Below are positions 41,396-51,185 of a stretch of 51,663 nucleotides of DNA, in pieces. The stretch is taken from positions 1 to 51,663 of the forward strand of contig JAGQRJ010000710.1 of assembly GCA_020425635.1 (NCBI GenBank). Reading direction: 5' to 3'. A program made the translations under genes and the position numbers. Origin of the DNA: Planctomycetota bacterium (GTDB lineage Bacteria; Planctomycetota; J058). Position 1 is the first letter of the stretch. The number at the start of each line of letters is the position of its first letter. The notes under the pieces are model-generated. The model was not told where the DNA came from, made no database searches, and saw only the letters and a program-made list of their open reading frames with translations.

Positions 41396-44152
41396 TCAGA
41401 TCTTCTCGATCCGCGCGGCGAACTTCTTGAAGTCCGCCTGACCCGAGACGGGATCCCAAGCTCGGTGGCTGACGCCGTTGACCAACCAGCGGTTCTCCTT
41501 GGGGTCGGCGCTGTCGGCCACCGAGAGGTTCCAGGGGCTGAACATGTAGCCGGGGAGGACCTCGTTGCGCGCGGGGCGGATCATGGAGTCGGTGCCTACC
41601 GAGACCCGGGCCTCGTAGGACCCGCGACGCGTGACCAGGCGCACGTTCTCGCCGTCTTCGAGCCCGAAGCGCTTGGCGTCTTCCTCGTTGACCTCGACGT
41701 ATTGCTCGGGCACGAGCTTGCGAGTCGTCCCGCCGCGCACGGTCTTCGCGGTGTGGAAGTGCTCGTAGACGATCCCCAGGCCGAGGAAGAAGGGGTACTT
41801 GTCTTCCTTGGTGAAGTCCGCGAGGGTCTTGTCGGCGTCGTAGTAGTCGTCGAGGTCAGGCAGCTCGGGGACCAGCGCGTTGTCGCGCGCCTCGAACAGG
41901 GTCTCCATTTGGTCGATGAAGAACGGCTCCTTCTCGGCCGCGGCCAGGATCTCAGCGGGTGAGGCGCCCTTCTTGACGAGGTCGCCGGTCTTGCGCCCGA
42001 CCTCGGACATGCGACCGCAGATCTCCTTGATCTTGCTGTAGTCCTGCTCGCAGAGCTTCATCTTGGCCTTCCCGCCGGCTTGCGGGAAGTTCTCGTAGGG
42101 CCGGTTGGCCCAGTGCTCTTCTTGTCCGAAGTAACGGCGCTTGGTGCCGCCGGCCTTGGCGCTCTCGTAGCTCGGGGCGGGCCACTGAATGCCGCGGAGC
42201 TGGCGCAGCTGATCGTAGAGCCCGATCCCGTCCTTCTTCTCGACCTCGAGCATGCCGGTCAGGTCGGCGTCGGAGCCCTTGGACGCGATGACGATGTCGC
42301 GGAAGACGTCCTCTGGGTCGTAGAAGCTCTGGCCGTACTCGTTCTTGATCGTCTTCTTGTAGGGGACGATCTTCTCGGCGTCGAGGCCGAGCTTCTTGGC
42401 GAGCGAGATGCACTTGTCGATCGCGAGGTCCATGTCGGGGCGCGCCTCCTTGAGCACCTCGCCCTTCTCGTTGCGGCCCACGCTGACCCCGTCGTTGACG
42501 TAGAGCCGACGCTCGCTCTGAATGTAGACGCCGCCCGTCCACTCGCCCCAGGTGATCGCCGGGAAGATCACGTCGCCATACAGGTTGTTGGGCGCGTGCC
42601 GGTAGATCTCCTGCACGACGACGAACATCTTGCTCAAGCCAGGCCGGATCAAGGTCTTGACGTCGGGCATGTGCACGTGGGTCGTGTACATGAAGAACAT
42701 GGCGTGCAGATCGTCCTTCAGCGCGCGCTCGAGCATGCCGATCGCCATCGGGTTCTGCATCCCGGCGGTCACGTCCAGCTGGCCCTCCGGGAGCCGCCAG
42801 CAGGTGTTGATGTGCCTGCGCCACTCGACGTCGTCGATCCCCTTGTTGAAGGGCAGACGCCCGGTGAGGCCGCCCATCAGGCGCTCGCTCATGGCGTTGG
42901 GCTGGCCAGTCTGGGAGTGGGTGCCGCAGCCGGGGCGGCCGAGGTTGCCGGTCAGCAGATGCAGGTTGATCACGGAGATCGTGTTGTGCTGACCGTGCAG
43001 GTGCTGGTTGAAGCCGATGCCCCAGTAGCTGACCACGCCGCCCTTGCCCCGCTTGCGGCCCTTGATCGAGGCCTCGGCCCAGAGCTTGCCGATCGTCTCG
43101 ATGTCTTCGACGGTGATCCGTCCACGGTCGAGGAGGTGCAGGCGCTCGACGACTTGCTTCGGCGAGTAGCGCTCTTTGATTCCCTTGACGTACTCCTTCC
43201 AGCCGGCGCAGTGCTTGTCGAGCCACGCGTCGGGCATGATCGCCTCGGGGTACTTCGTGAGCACCACGTGCGCGATCGCGTTGAGGTAGGAGATGTCGCC
43301 GTTGATCGTGGGGAAGTGGTAGCTGTTGCGCGGGTTTATGTCCTCCAGGCCCGTCACGGTTCCGGTGCGGCGCGGGTCGCTGACCAGGGTCGGGATGTCG
43401 TTCTTCTTCTTGTGGTCGGCGACGCGCCAGAACAGCACCGGGTGGCCTTCGCGGGCGTTGTGGCCCCAGAAGGTGATCATGTCGGCCATCTCGGCGTCTT
43501 CGTAGCAGGTCGGAGGTGTGTCCGACCCCAAGGTGGCGAAGTAGCCGGTCACGGCTGAGGTCATGCACATGCGCGCGTTGGCCTCGATCGAGTTCGACTG
43601 CAGGATCCCCTTCATGAGCAGGTTCTCGATGTACTGGGCCTCCATGGTCAGCTGGCCAGATCCAGAGAGCCCGACCGAGTTGCCGCCCTTGGCCTTGACG
43701 ATCGCCGCGATCTTCTCGGCGACGAGCTCTTCGGCCTCCTCGTAGGGCATCTCGTGGAACACCTCCTTGTCGAAGCGGCCCTTGGTGGCCGAGACGTGTC
43801 CGGTCAGCGGGTCGGACATGTCCTTGCGCACGAGGACCCGCTCGATCCGATCCTTGTAGATCGGCTCGTTGGCGTTGAGCCCCTTGATGCACTGCAGGCC
43901 CTTGTTCGTCGGGTGCTCCTTGTCGGGGATCATGCCCACGATCCGGTCACCCTCGACCTGGATCAGCGTCCCGCAGCCGACGCCGCAGTAGGGGCAGGCA
44001 GACTGCAACTGACGGCTGCCTTTGGCCTTGGCGTCTTCGGCGGAGACCATCTCGGCCGAGAACATGGGCAGCGCAGTGAGGCCGGCAGCGGTCGCACCGG
44101 AGGCCTTGAGGAACGTCCGGCGAGAAGGGTCAAAGGACTCGTTGTGACTCAT
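41396..44152 (-). CDS. napA: Periplasmic nitrate reductase catalytic subunit NapA (Mo-bisMGD, 918 aa)
   Basis: Tat leader: SRRTFLKASGATAAG. [4Fe-4S] motif: CPYCGVGCG. Mo-ligand Cys context: NARMCMTSAVTGYFATLG. NapA-like blocks: YWGIGFNQHLHG...INLHLLTGNLGRPGCGTHSQTGQPNA, and the C-terminal DPVSGQADFKKFAARIEKI. Confidence 0.85.
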   Translation of the reverse strand: MSHNESFDPSRRTFLKASGATAAGLTALPMFSAEMVSAEDAKAKGSRQLQSACPYCGVGCGTLIQVEGDRIVGMIPDKEHPTNKGLQCIKGLNANEPIYKDRIERVLVRKDMSDPLTGHVSATKGRFDKEVFHEMPYEEAEELVAEKIAAIVKAKGGNSVGLSGSGQLTMEAQYIENLLMKGILQSNSIEANARMCMTSAVTGYFATLGSDTPPTCYEDAEMADMITFWGHNAREGHPVLFWRVADHKKKNDIPTLVSDPRRTGTVTGLEDINPRNSYHFPTINGDISYLNAIAHVVLTKYPEAIMPDAWLDKHCAGWKEYVKGIKERYSPKQVVERLHLLDRGRITVEDIETIGKLWAEASIKGRKRGKGGVVSYWGIGFNQHLHGQHNTISVINLHLLTGNLGRPGCGTHSQTGQPNAMSERLMGGLTGRLPFNKGIDDVEWRRHINTCWRLPEGQLDVTAGMQNPMAIGMLERALKDDLHAMFFMYTTHVHMPDVKTLIRPGLSKMFVVVQEIYRHAPNNLYGDVIFPAITWGEWTGGVYIQSERRLYVNDGVSVGRNEKGEVLKEARPDMDLAIDKCISLAKKLGLDAEKIVPYKKTIKNEYGQSFYDPEDVFRDIVIASKGSDADLTGMLEVEKKDGIGLYDQLRQLRGIQWPAPSYESAKAGGTKRRYFGQEEHWANRPYENFPQAGGKAKMKLCEQDYSKIKEICGRMSEVGRKTGDLVKKGASPAEILAAAEKEPFFIDQMETLFEARDNALVPELPDLDDYYDADKTLADFTKEDKYPFFLGLGIVYEHFHTAKTVRGGTTRKLVPEQYVEVNEEDAKRFGLEDGENVRLVTRRGSYEARVSVGTDSMIRPARNEVLPGYMFSPWNLSVADSADPKENRWLVNGVSHRAWDPVSGQADFKKFAARIEKI

Positions 44153-44164
44153 GAATAGTTGTTC

Positions 44165-46135
44165 CTAGCGTTTCCAAGTACGAATGTGGGCAACGATCTT
44201 CTGGATCTCGTCCGCGGTCAGGTCGGCGACGCCGCCCACGCCCCGACCGAACGCGCGCATGGGGGTCCCGGCCCGACCGAGGGCGATCGTCGCCAGCAAC
44301 ATGCTGTCGCTGGCTGCGGTGAGGAATTCCGGGTTGTTGATCGAGGGCGCATACCCCTGGATCTGTTGTCCTGGCTGGGGGCCTCGGCCGTCGCTGCCGT
44401 GGCAGCCAGCGCACATGACCCGGAACAGGTGCCCGCCTTCGGCCAGATCCGCGGGGGAGGGCTCTGGGGCGGGGCGGCGCTCGAAGGGCTTGTTCTCGAA
44501 GGCGCGCACGTAGGTGACCACGGCCTCGACCTCTTCCGGCGTGAGGCTCACGTTGCCGCCGCGGTCGAAGGAGAGCATGGCGGTGCCCTCGCGACCGAGG
44601 ATCACGGTGCCGATCAGGAAGCCGTCCGTGGCCACCTTGAGGAAGTCGGGGTTTCCGATCGCCGGCCCGCTCGCGCCCTCTCCGTTCCGTCCGTGGCACT
44701 TGGCGCAGGCGGCCTTCTCCTCGTAGACCTCCCGACCCAGGTCCATTTCGACGCGCGAGCGCGGCCGCTTGAGCGGCTCGAGCGTGGGCCTGGCTTGCAG
44801 CTCGCGGAGGTAGGCCACCAGGTCGTCGATCTGCGCGGGCTCGAGGCTGACCAACTCGCCGCCCGCGGAGCCCTTGAGGAAGCCCTTCATGGCGCTCCCC
44901 GACTTGCCGTAGGCGATCGTCTGGAAGAGGAACGCGTCGTCGGCGCACTCGAGGAAGACACGGTTGCCGATCTGTCCACCGACCCCGCCCCGGCCCTCGG
45001 CTCCGTGGCACTGCGTGCAGTACGAGGCGTAGAGCTGTGCGCCCGCCTTGGGGTCGCCCTGGGGGGGCCGGGGCTCAGGGACGACGGACTCGACCTCCTG
45101 CCAGGTGCGAATGTAGGTGATCAAGTCGGCGACGTCGGGGGCGCTGAGGAAGTGCCATTGCGGCATGGCGGTCCCGGGCCGTCCCCTGACGATCGAGTGG
45201 TAGAGGAACTCGTCCGACGCCAAGGAGAGGAACGACTGGCTGTTGAGGCGCGAACCGATCCCGCCCTCGCCCTGCTTTCCGTGACAGGCCACGCAGCGCG
45301 ACCCGAAGATCGTCTTGCCGACCTGGGCGCTGCGCTTGGTGGCGTGTTTGCGCAGGTCCGCGACGTCCGCGAAGGTATGGCCTGGCTCCCGCCAGCTGCG
45401 CAGGTAGGCGAGCAGGTCCGAGACCTCTCCCGCGTCGAAGCGAGTGCCCGCAGGCATGGCGGTGTGCCCCCGACCGAACGCGATCGTGTCGCGGAGGAAC
45501 TCGTCGGAGGCGACCGCCTGAAACGACCGTGAGCGCAGCGAGTTGCCGATCCCGCCTTGGCCGCTGGTCCCGTGGCAGGCGGCGCAGTTGCCGTGGAACA
45601 GCGCTTTGCCGCGGTCGACGTCGCCCAAGGCGACGTCGACCTTGCTGCGGTCTGGGCCCTCTGCTTGCCACGAGCGAATGTAGGCCACGAGGCTCTTGAT
45701 CGCGTTTGGCGTGAGGATCTGCTCCCAGCCGACCATGGCCGTCGAGGAGCGGCCGTGCTTGATGATCGCCTCGTAGTAGGCGTCGTCCACGACCGCCAAG
45801 ACCCGCTCGGAGTTGAGCGTGGGCATCCCCGGCAGCGGAGTCTTGCCGTCGGCGCCGTGGCAGCTGGCGCAGTAGGTCTTGAAGTGGACCGCGCCCGCTT
45901 CGATCGAGATCTCGTCCGACCCAGACTCCGAGGTCGGAGCAGGGGCGTCGGTCCCTGGACCCGCGGTCCGGGCTGGAGTGCCGACGACCGCCACGGCGAT
46001 CGAGATCCCGAGCACGGCGACGAACGCTCCTCCCAGGATCATTCCGTCGCGACGCAGCGCAGACAGACCTGCCGCCTCGGACGGGGTTGCTGCTGTGGAG
46101 GGAGTGGCGTGGGGGTGGTCGAGACCCTCGCTCAT
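44165..46135 (-). CDS. Membrane-anchored protein made of six tandem monoheme class I cytochrome c domains (656 aa)
   Basis: Signal-anchor: MILGGAFVAVLGISIAVAVVG. Six CxxCH sites are present (CASCH, CAACH, CVACH, CTQCH, CAKCH, CAGCH). Each is followed about 45-50 aa later by a G..GT.M Met-ligand region and an Y(I/L)R(S/T/E)W-type helix. ATG 46135 is preceded by AAGGAG. Confidence 0.9.
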   Translation of the reverse strand: MSEGLDHPHATPSTAATPSEAAGLSALRRDGMILGGAFVAVLGISIAVAVVGTPARTAGPGTDAPAPTSESGSDEISIEAGAVHFKTYCASCHGADGKTPLPGMPTLNSERVLAVVDDAYYEAIIKHGRSSTAMVGWEQILTPNAIKSLVAYIRSWQAEGPDRSKVDVALGDVDRGKALFHGNCAACHGTSGQGGIGNSLRSRSFQAVASDEFLRDTIAFGRGHTAMPAGTRFDAGEVSDLLAYLRSWREPGHTFADVADLRKHATKRSAQVGKTIFGSRCVACHGKQGEGGIGSRLNSQSFLSLASDEFLYHSIVRGRPGTAMPQWHFLSAPDVADLITYIRTWQEVESVVPEPRPPQGDPKAGAQLYASYCTQCHGAEGRGGVGGQIGNRVFLECADDAFLFQTIAYGKSGSAMKGFLKGSAGGELVSLEPAQIDDLVAYLRELQARPTLEPLKRPRSRVEMDLGREVYEEKAACAKCHGRNGEGASGPAIGNPDFLKVATDGFLIGTVILGREGTAMLSFDRGGNVSLTPEEVEAVVTYVRAFENKPFERRPAPEPSPADLAEGGHLFRVMCAGCHGSDGRGPQPGQQIQGYAPSINNPEFLTAASDSMLLATIALGRAGTPMRAFGRGVGGVADLTADEIQKIVAHIRTWKR

Positions 46136-46170
46136 GAATGAACTCCTTGGAGTGAACTGCCGCGCTCTCT

Positions 46171-46186
46171 AGCACGGACGGCTCCA
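46171..46186 (-). promoter_or_regulatory. Candidate sigma54 (-24/-12) promoter for the nap operon: TGGAGC-cgtcc-GTGCT
   Basis: The minus strand reads TGGAGCCGTCCGTGCT. GG and GC sit at exactly the consensus spacing of TGGCAC-N5-TTGCW. It lies 36-51 nt upstream of the cytochrome gene ATG, and a sigma54-dependent activator gene is 0.9 kb upstream. The match outside GG/GC is weak. Confidence 0.3.
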
Positions 46187-46366
46187 CTCGGAGGAGAGCA
46201 TAACCCGTTGACTCAGTGGACAAAATAGTCTACTGGTCACGTTGATGTGAACGCTGGGCGTGAGCCTTGGGATTCGGCTGGGCGGTGTCGCAGGTGTGTG
46301 ACTCCAGGCCCTGGCCCCCGGGGGGCGGGGGTCAGAGCCTGCCGACGAGTCGGTGCCGTGGCCAGC

Positions 46367-46401
46367 GGGGAGGCCTAGCCCGGGGCCTGGCAGGCCTCCC
46401 C
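46367..46401 (-). terminator. 10-bp perfect GC stem-loop immediately after the small membrane protein gene
   Basis: ggggaggcct (46367-46376) pairs with aggcctcccc (46392-46401) around a 15-nt loop. It starts 8 nt after the stop at 46409-46411. No U-tract follows. Confidence 0.35.
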
Positions 46402-46408
46402 GATCGGC

Positions 46409-46792
46409 CTACTCGGAGAGCTCGCAGGCCTTGGCATCCGTCGTCCCCACGGCGACGTGCCCGACCGAGCCTGCTTCTGCGGAGCGCGCCAGGATCGCGG
46501 ACTCGTGCCAGCGAGCCGCGGTGTCTCGCGCGTTGCTGATCGCGAGGCGGATCTTCTCGTGCTCCGCTGCGCGCGCCGCGAGTCGTTCGTTGACGGTCGC
46601 CACGCAGAAGACGGCCAAGCTCAGCGCAAACAACGCCAGCCAGCCGGCGCGGCGAATCATGTAGACGAGCCCCGGTTCCCAGCCGGTGGTCGTCGCCGTT
46701 TGCAGAGCGCGTGCGCCCTGCGGCCAAAGTTCGTGACGCGGGGCCTCGGTGAGGGGCGCGTCGGGCTTGGGCCCAAACAGGTCTTGTTCCAT
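46409..46792 (-). CDS. Small single-pass membrane protein, hypothetical (127 aa)
   Basis: ATG 46792 is preceded by GGAAGGA with an 8-nt spacer. One TM helix: AGWLALFALSLAVFCVATV. Codon usage looks coding. No family is recognised. The upstream part of the tracked ORF is Arg-rich and was discarded. Confidence 0.45.
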   Translation of the reverse strand: MEQDLFGPKPDAPLTEAPRHELWPQGARALQTATTTGWEPGLVYMIRRAGWLALFALSLAVFCVATVNERLAARAAEHEKIRLAISNARDTAARWHESAILARSAEAGSVGHVAVGTTDAKACELSE

Positions 46793-47051
46793 TGGATTCG
46801 TCCTTCCGTGGAGGGCTCGCCTCTCGGCCGTCCACGAAGAGCGAGAGTGCACGCGGCGCTCCCGAGGGCGCGGCTTGACTCTGCGAGACTTACGGCAGAT
46901 TGGAGCTCGCGTGCGACGATGCTTTTTGCCACATGGGGGGTCTCGGGTCACACCGTCCGCGAGGACGCCCCGGACGGGCCAGCCGAACCATGAACGGACC
47001 GCACCACCGGCGGTGCGCGCGCGGCTTCGCGCCGTTGCCGGGCAGGTTGGT

Positions 47052-48508
<1,457 letters not shown>

Positions 48509-48512
<4 letters not shown>

Positions 48513-49729
48513 TCCTGTCCGCCGGGCAAGAACACCGTGAAGCAGGCTCCTCCGCCTTTGGGGTTGCTCGCCACGATCCAGCCGGCGTGCTCGGTCACGA
48601 TCGCCTGCGCAACGGGGAGCCCCAGCCCCGTGCCCTCGCCCACGGGCTTGGTCGTGAAGAAGGGCTCGAACAGGCGCTCCAGACTCTCGGGCGGGATCCC
48701 GGGGCCGCTGTCGCGAATCGCGACGCGCAGGACACGCCCGGGCGGGTGCCCGGTCGTCTCCGCCGCGGTCGCCTCGCGCACCTCGACCCACACCTCACCG
48801 CCCGCTGGAGTCGCCTGCGCCGCGTTGACGAGCAGGTTGGTCAGCACCTGCTGCATGGCCAAGGGGTCCACGTGAACCGGAAACGGACCGGCCATGGGCA
48901 GTCGTTTGACGCGGACGCGGCGCTCCGTGAACACGGAGTCCACCAACCTCAGGGAGCGCTCGGTGAGCTCGAGCAGGTCCGCGGGGACCCTCTCGCTCGG
49001 CTTGCGAGCCAGGCCGAGCAGGCCACGAACGGTGCTGGCCATGTGCTGGGAGAGCTCGTGAATGATCCGCGCGTTGTCGTCGATCGACGCCGGCAGCCGC
49101 CCGGAGTCGCTGGCCCCGGCGCCGATCCGCGCAGGGGTCGCGCGCTCCACCGCGGTCCGAATCAGCTTGGCCCGACCCATGATCACGTTGAGGGGGGTCC
49201 CGAGTTGGTGCGCAACGCCGCTGGCCAGTTGGCCAACCGTGGCCAGCCGTTCGGCGTGCTGCAGCTGCGCGCTGAGCGCTCGGCGCTCGTGCACCGCGCG
49301 TGACCAGCGGTCCTGGGACGCGAGGAGCACGACGCATTTCGCCGGGTTGCAGACCCGGGCGTCCTCCGCCGCGTCTCGCCGACGAGCGACGGCCTGCTCG
49401 AGCACGTCGGCCAACACCTCCAAGGAGTACGGCTTGACCAAGAACTCGACCGCGCGCGAGCGCAGCGCGACCCGCGCGGCGAACTCCAGCGCTCTGGGGT
49501 CGCTGCTGCCGCAGGTTACGACCAGGGGGACGTCCGCGGGCCGATCGTCGAGGGCGCTCCACTCCTCCGGCGAGTCTGCCGGGACGTCCAGCACCCAGGC
49601 CTCGAATCCACCCGTGGGGAGGAGGTCGGACTGCCCCGCTGCCTGGAACCCCGCCAAGCGGAGGCCCTCGAGCGCGAAGGCGCTCCAACTCGGGTCGTCG
49701 TCGACCACGAGCACTCGGCCCTTGTCCAT
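48509..49729 (-). CDS. Hybrid-type histidine kinase with N-terminal receiver domain and no obvious sensor or TM domain (406 aa)
   Basis: ATG 49729 is preceded by AAGGAG. REC-like: VLVVDDD...WVLDV...VVTCG...VKPY. H-box: LASGVAHQLGTPLN. N-box: LTNLLVNAAQA. G-boxes: DSGPGI and GTGLGL. Confidence 0.85.
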
Positions 49730-49805
49730 GACGCGCTCCTTCTCGTCGCGGAGGAGCCCCTTCACAGGTTTTCGCTGCGAACCCCCGATCCCTGCCAGCA
49801 AAGTG

Positions 49806-49924
49806 GGGACCGCGCACAAAGCGTTCTCGTGGGACGCGCGCATTGGCCGCGGATGTCCCCAAACGCCCCATGCCGGGCGGCCAGCAAGACGCAACCACTG
49901 GCCCAAGAACGCTTTGCGGGTCCC
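49806..49924. other. Nested long-range helices in an intergenic region; candidate structured RNA or DNA element
   Basis: Three pairings are read directly. gggacc (49806-49811) pairs with ggtccc (49919-49924). caaagcgttc (49817-49826) pairs with gaacgctttg (49907-49916). tggccgc (49844-49850) pairs with gcggcca (49877-49883). Confidence 0.4.
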
Positions 49925-49941
49925 AATGAAAAGCGAGTCAA

Positions 49942-49961
49942 GCGTCACGCAGACGTGACGC
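49942..49961 (-). terminator. 20-bp palindrome GCGTCACG-caga-CGTGACGC; possible terminator of the NmrA-like gene, or an operator
   Basis: An 8-bp perfect stem with a 4-nt loop, 96 nt after the stop at 50057. On the minus strand it is followed by ttgactcgcttttcatt, which is moderately T-rich. Confidence 0.4.
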
Positions 49962-50056
49962 CTCTGGGTCTGCGCGCGCAGCACCGGAGCCACGGGTCGG
50001 TGGACGGCCGCTGCGCGACCTGGTCGACCGACCGCGCAGGCCCCGCGGCCCGGGGT

Positions 50057-51046
50057 TCACGCTCGAGGCCGCGAGCGCTCCGCCAGGCGCGCGCCCAGGG
50101 CCTCGAGCTTCTCGACGTGCTCGACGGTGGGGTAGAAGCGCCGGTCCTCCTCGTCGAGGGCCTCGCGGATCGTGGCGTCGAGGCCCTGGAGCGTGTGGTC
50201 GGGGGCGAGCTCCCAGATCGAGGGGCCGCTGGGGTCGAGGTCGAAGCGCAGGCCCTCCACCAGCTCGCGCGCCAGCTTGAGGTCGGTGCGGGTGACCAAG
50301 CCGATCCAGTAGCTCGAGAGCCGGGGCGAGAGCACGGGCACGCTGATCATGCGGGGCGACTTCCCCATGTGGCGCGCGACGCGGACCATGAGGTCGCGGT
50401 GCGTGATCCGCTCGGGGCCCGGGACGTCGTACCAGTCGCTGGACTCGCCGGGGCGGGCCAGCGCGATCAACAGCGCCGCGACGACGTCGTCGATCGAGAC
50501 GGGCCAGGAGTGGTTGCGCAGCCAGCGGGGGAGGAGCATGGCGGGCAGGCGCCGCGCGAGGTCGCGGACCATTTGCCAGCTCGAGCTCCCGACGCCCACG
50601 ATCATGGCCGCGCGCAGCTCGATCGTGGAGACGGCCCCTTCGCGCAGCGCGGCCCCGGTGTCGAGGCGGCTCTGGAGGTGCTTGCTCGGGCGGCCCTGGG
50701 GCGCGACGCCGCCCAGGTAGACGACCCGGCGTAGCCCGGCGGCCGCGGCCGCCTCGCGGAAGGCGAGGGCCGACGCGCGCTCGCGCTCGGGGTAGTCCTG
50801 CGCGTCGTCGCCCATGCCGTGCACGAGGAACAGCGCCGCCCCGCACCCGTCGAGGGCCGGGCCGATCGTCGCCGGGTCCTCCGCGTCGAACGCGACCCAC
50901 TCCTTCTTGGGGAAGTCCAGCTGCGCCCGCTCGGGCCGGCGCGACGCGCAGCGCACGCGGTAGCCGGCCGCGTGCAGCGCGGGGTAGACGTAGCGCCCCA
51001 CGAAGCCGGTCGCGCCGGTCAACAGGATCGTCTCTGGGTCGGTCAT
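50057..51046 (-). CDS. NAD(P)-binding NmrA/atypical-SDR family protein (329 aa)
   Basis: N-terminal Rossmann motif ILLTGATGFVGRYV. The overall layout resembles NmrA or epimerase-like proteins. Confidence 0.75.
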   Translation of the reverse strand: MTDPETILLTGATGFVGRYVYPALHAAGYRVRCASRRPERAQLDFPKKEWVAFDAEDPATIGPALDGCGAALFLVHGMGDDAQDYPERERASALAFREAAAAAGLRRVVYLGGVAPQGRPSKHLQSRLDTGAALREGAVSTIELRAAMIVGVGSSSWQMVRDLARRLPAMLLPRWLRNHSWPVSIDDVVAALLIALARPGESSDWYDVPGPERITHRDLMVRVARHMGKSPRMISVPVLSPRLSSYWIGLVTRTDLKLARELVEGLRFDLDPSGPSIWELAPDHTLQGLDATIREALDEEDRRFYPTVEHVEKLEALGARLAERSRPRA

Positions 51047-51185
51047 GGCTTCGGCCCCTCGCGCTGGATTGCACCACGGCCGGGCCGCGGGCGCTGGAGC
51101 GCGCTCGCTCCTCGCTTCGCTTTCGCTGGCCTCGCAGGAGGCGACGACGCGGCCAGACCCACGCCGCGCTCCCCCGCGCGGGGGG

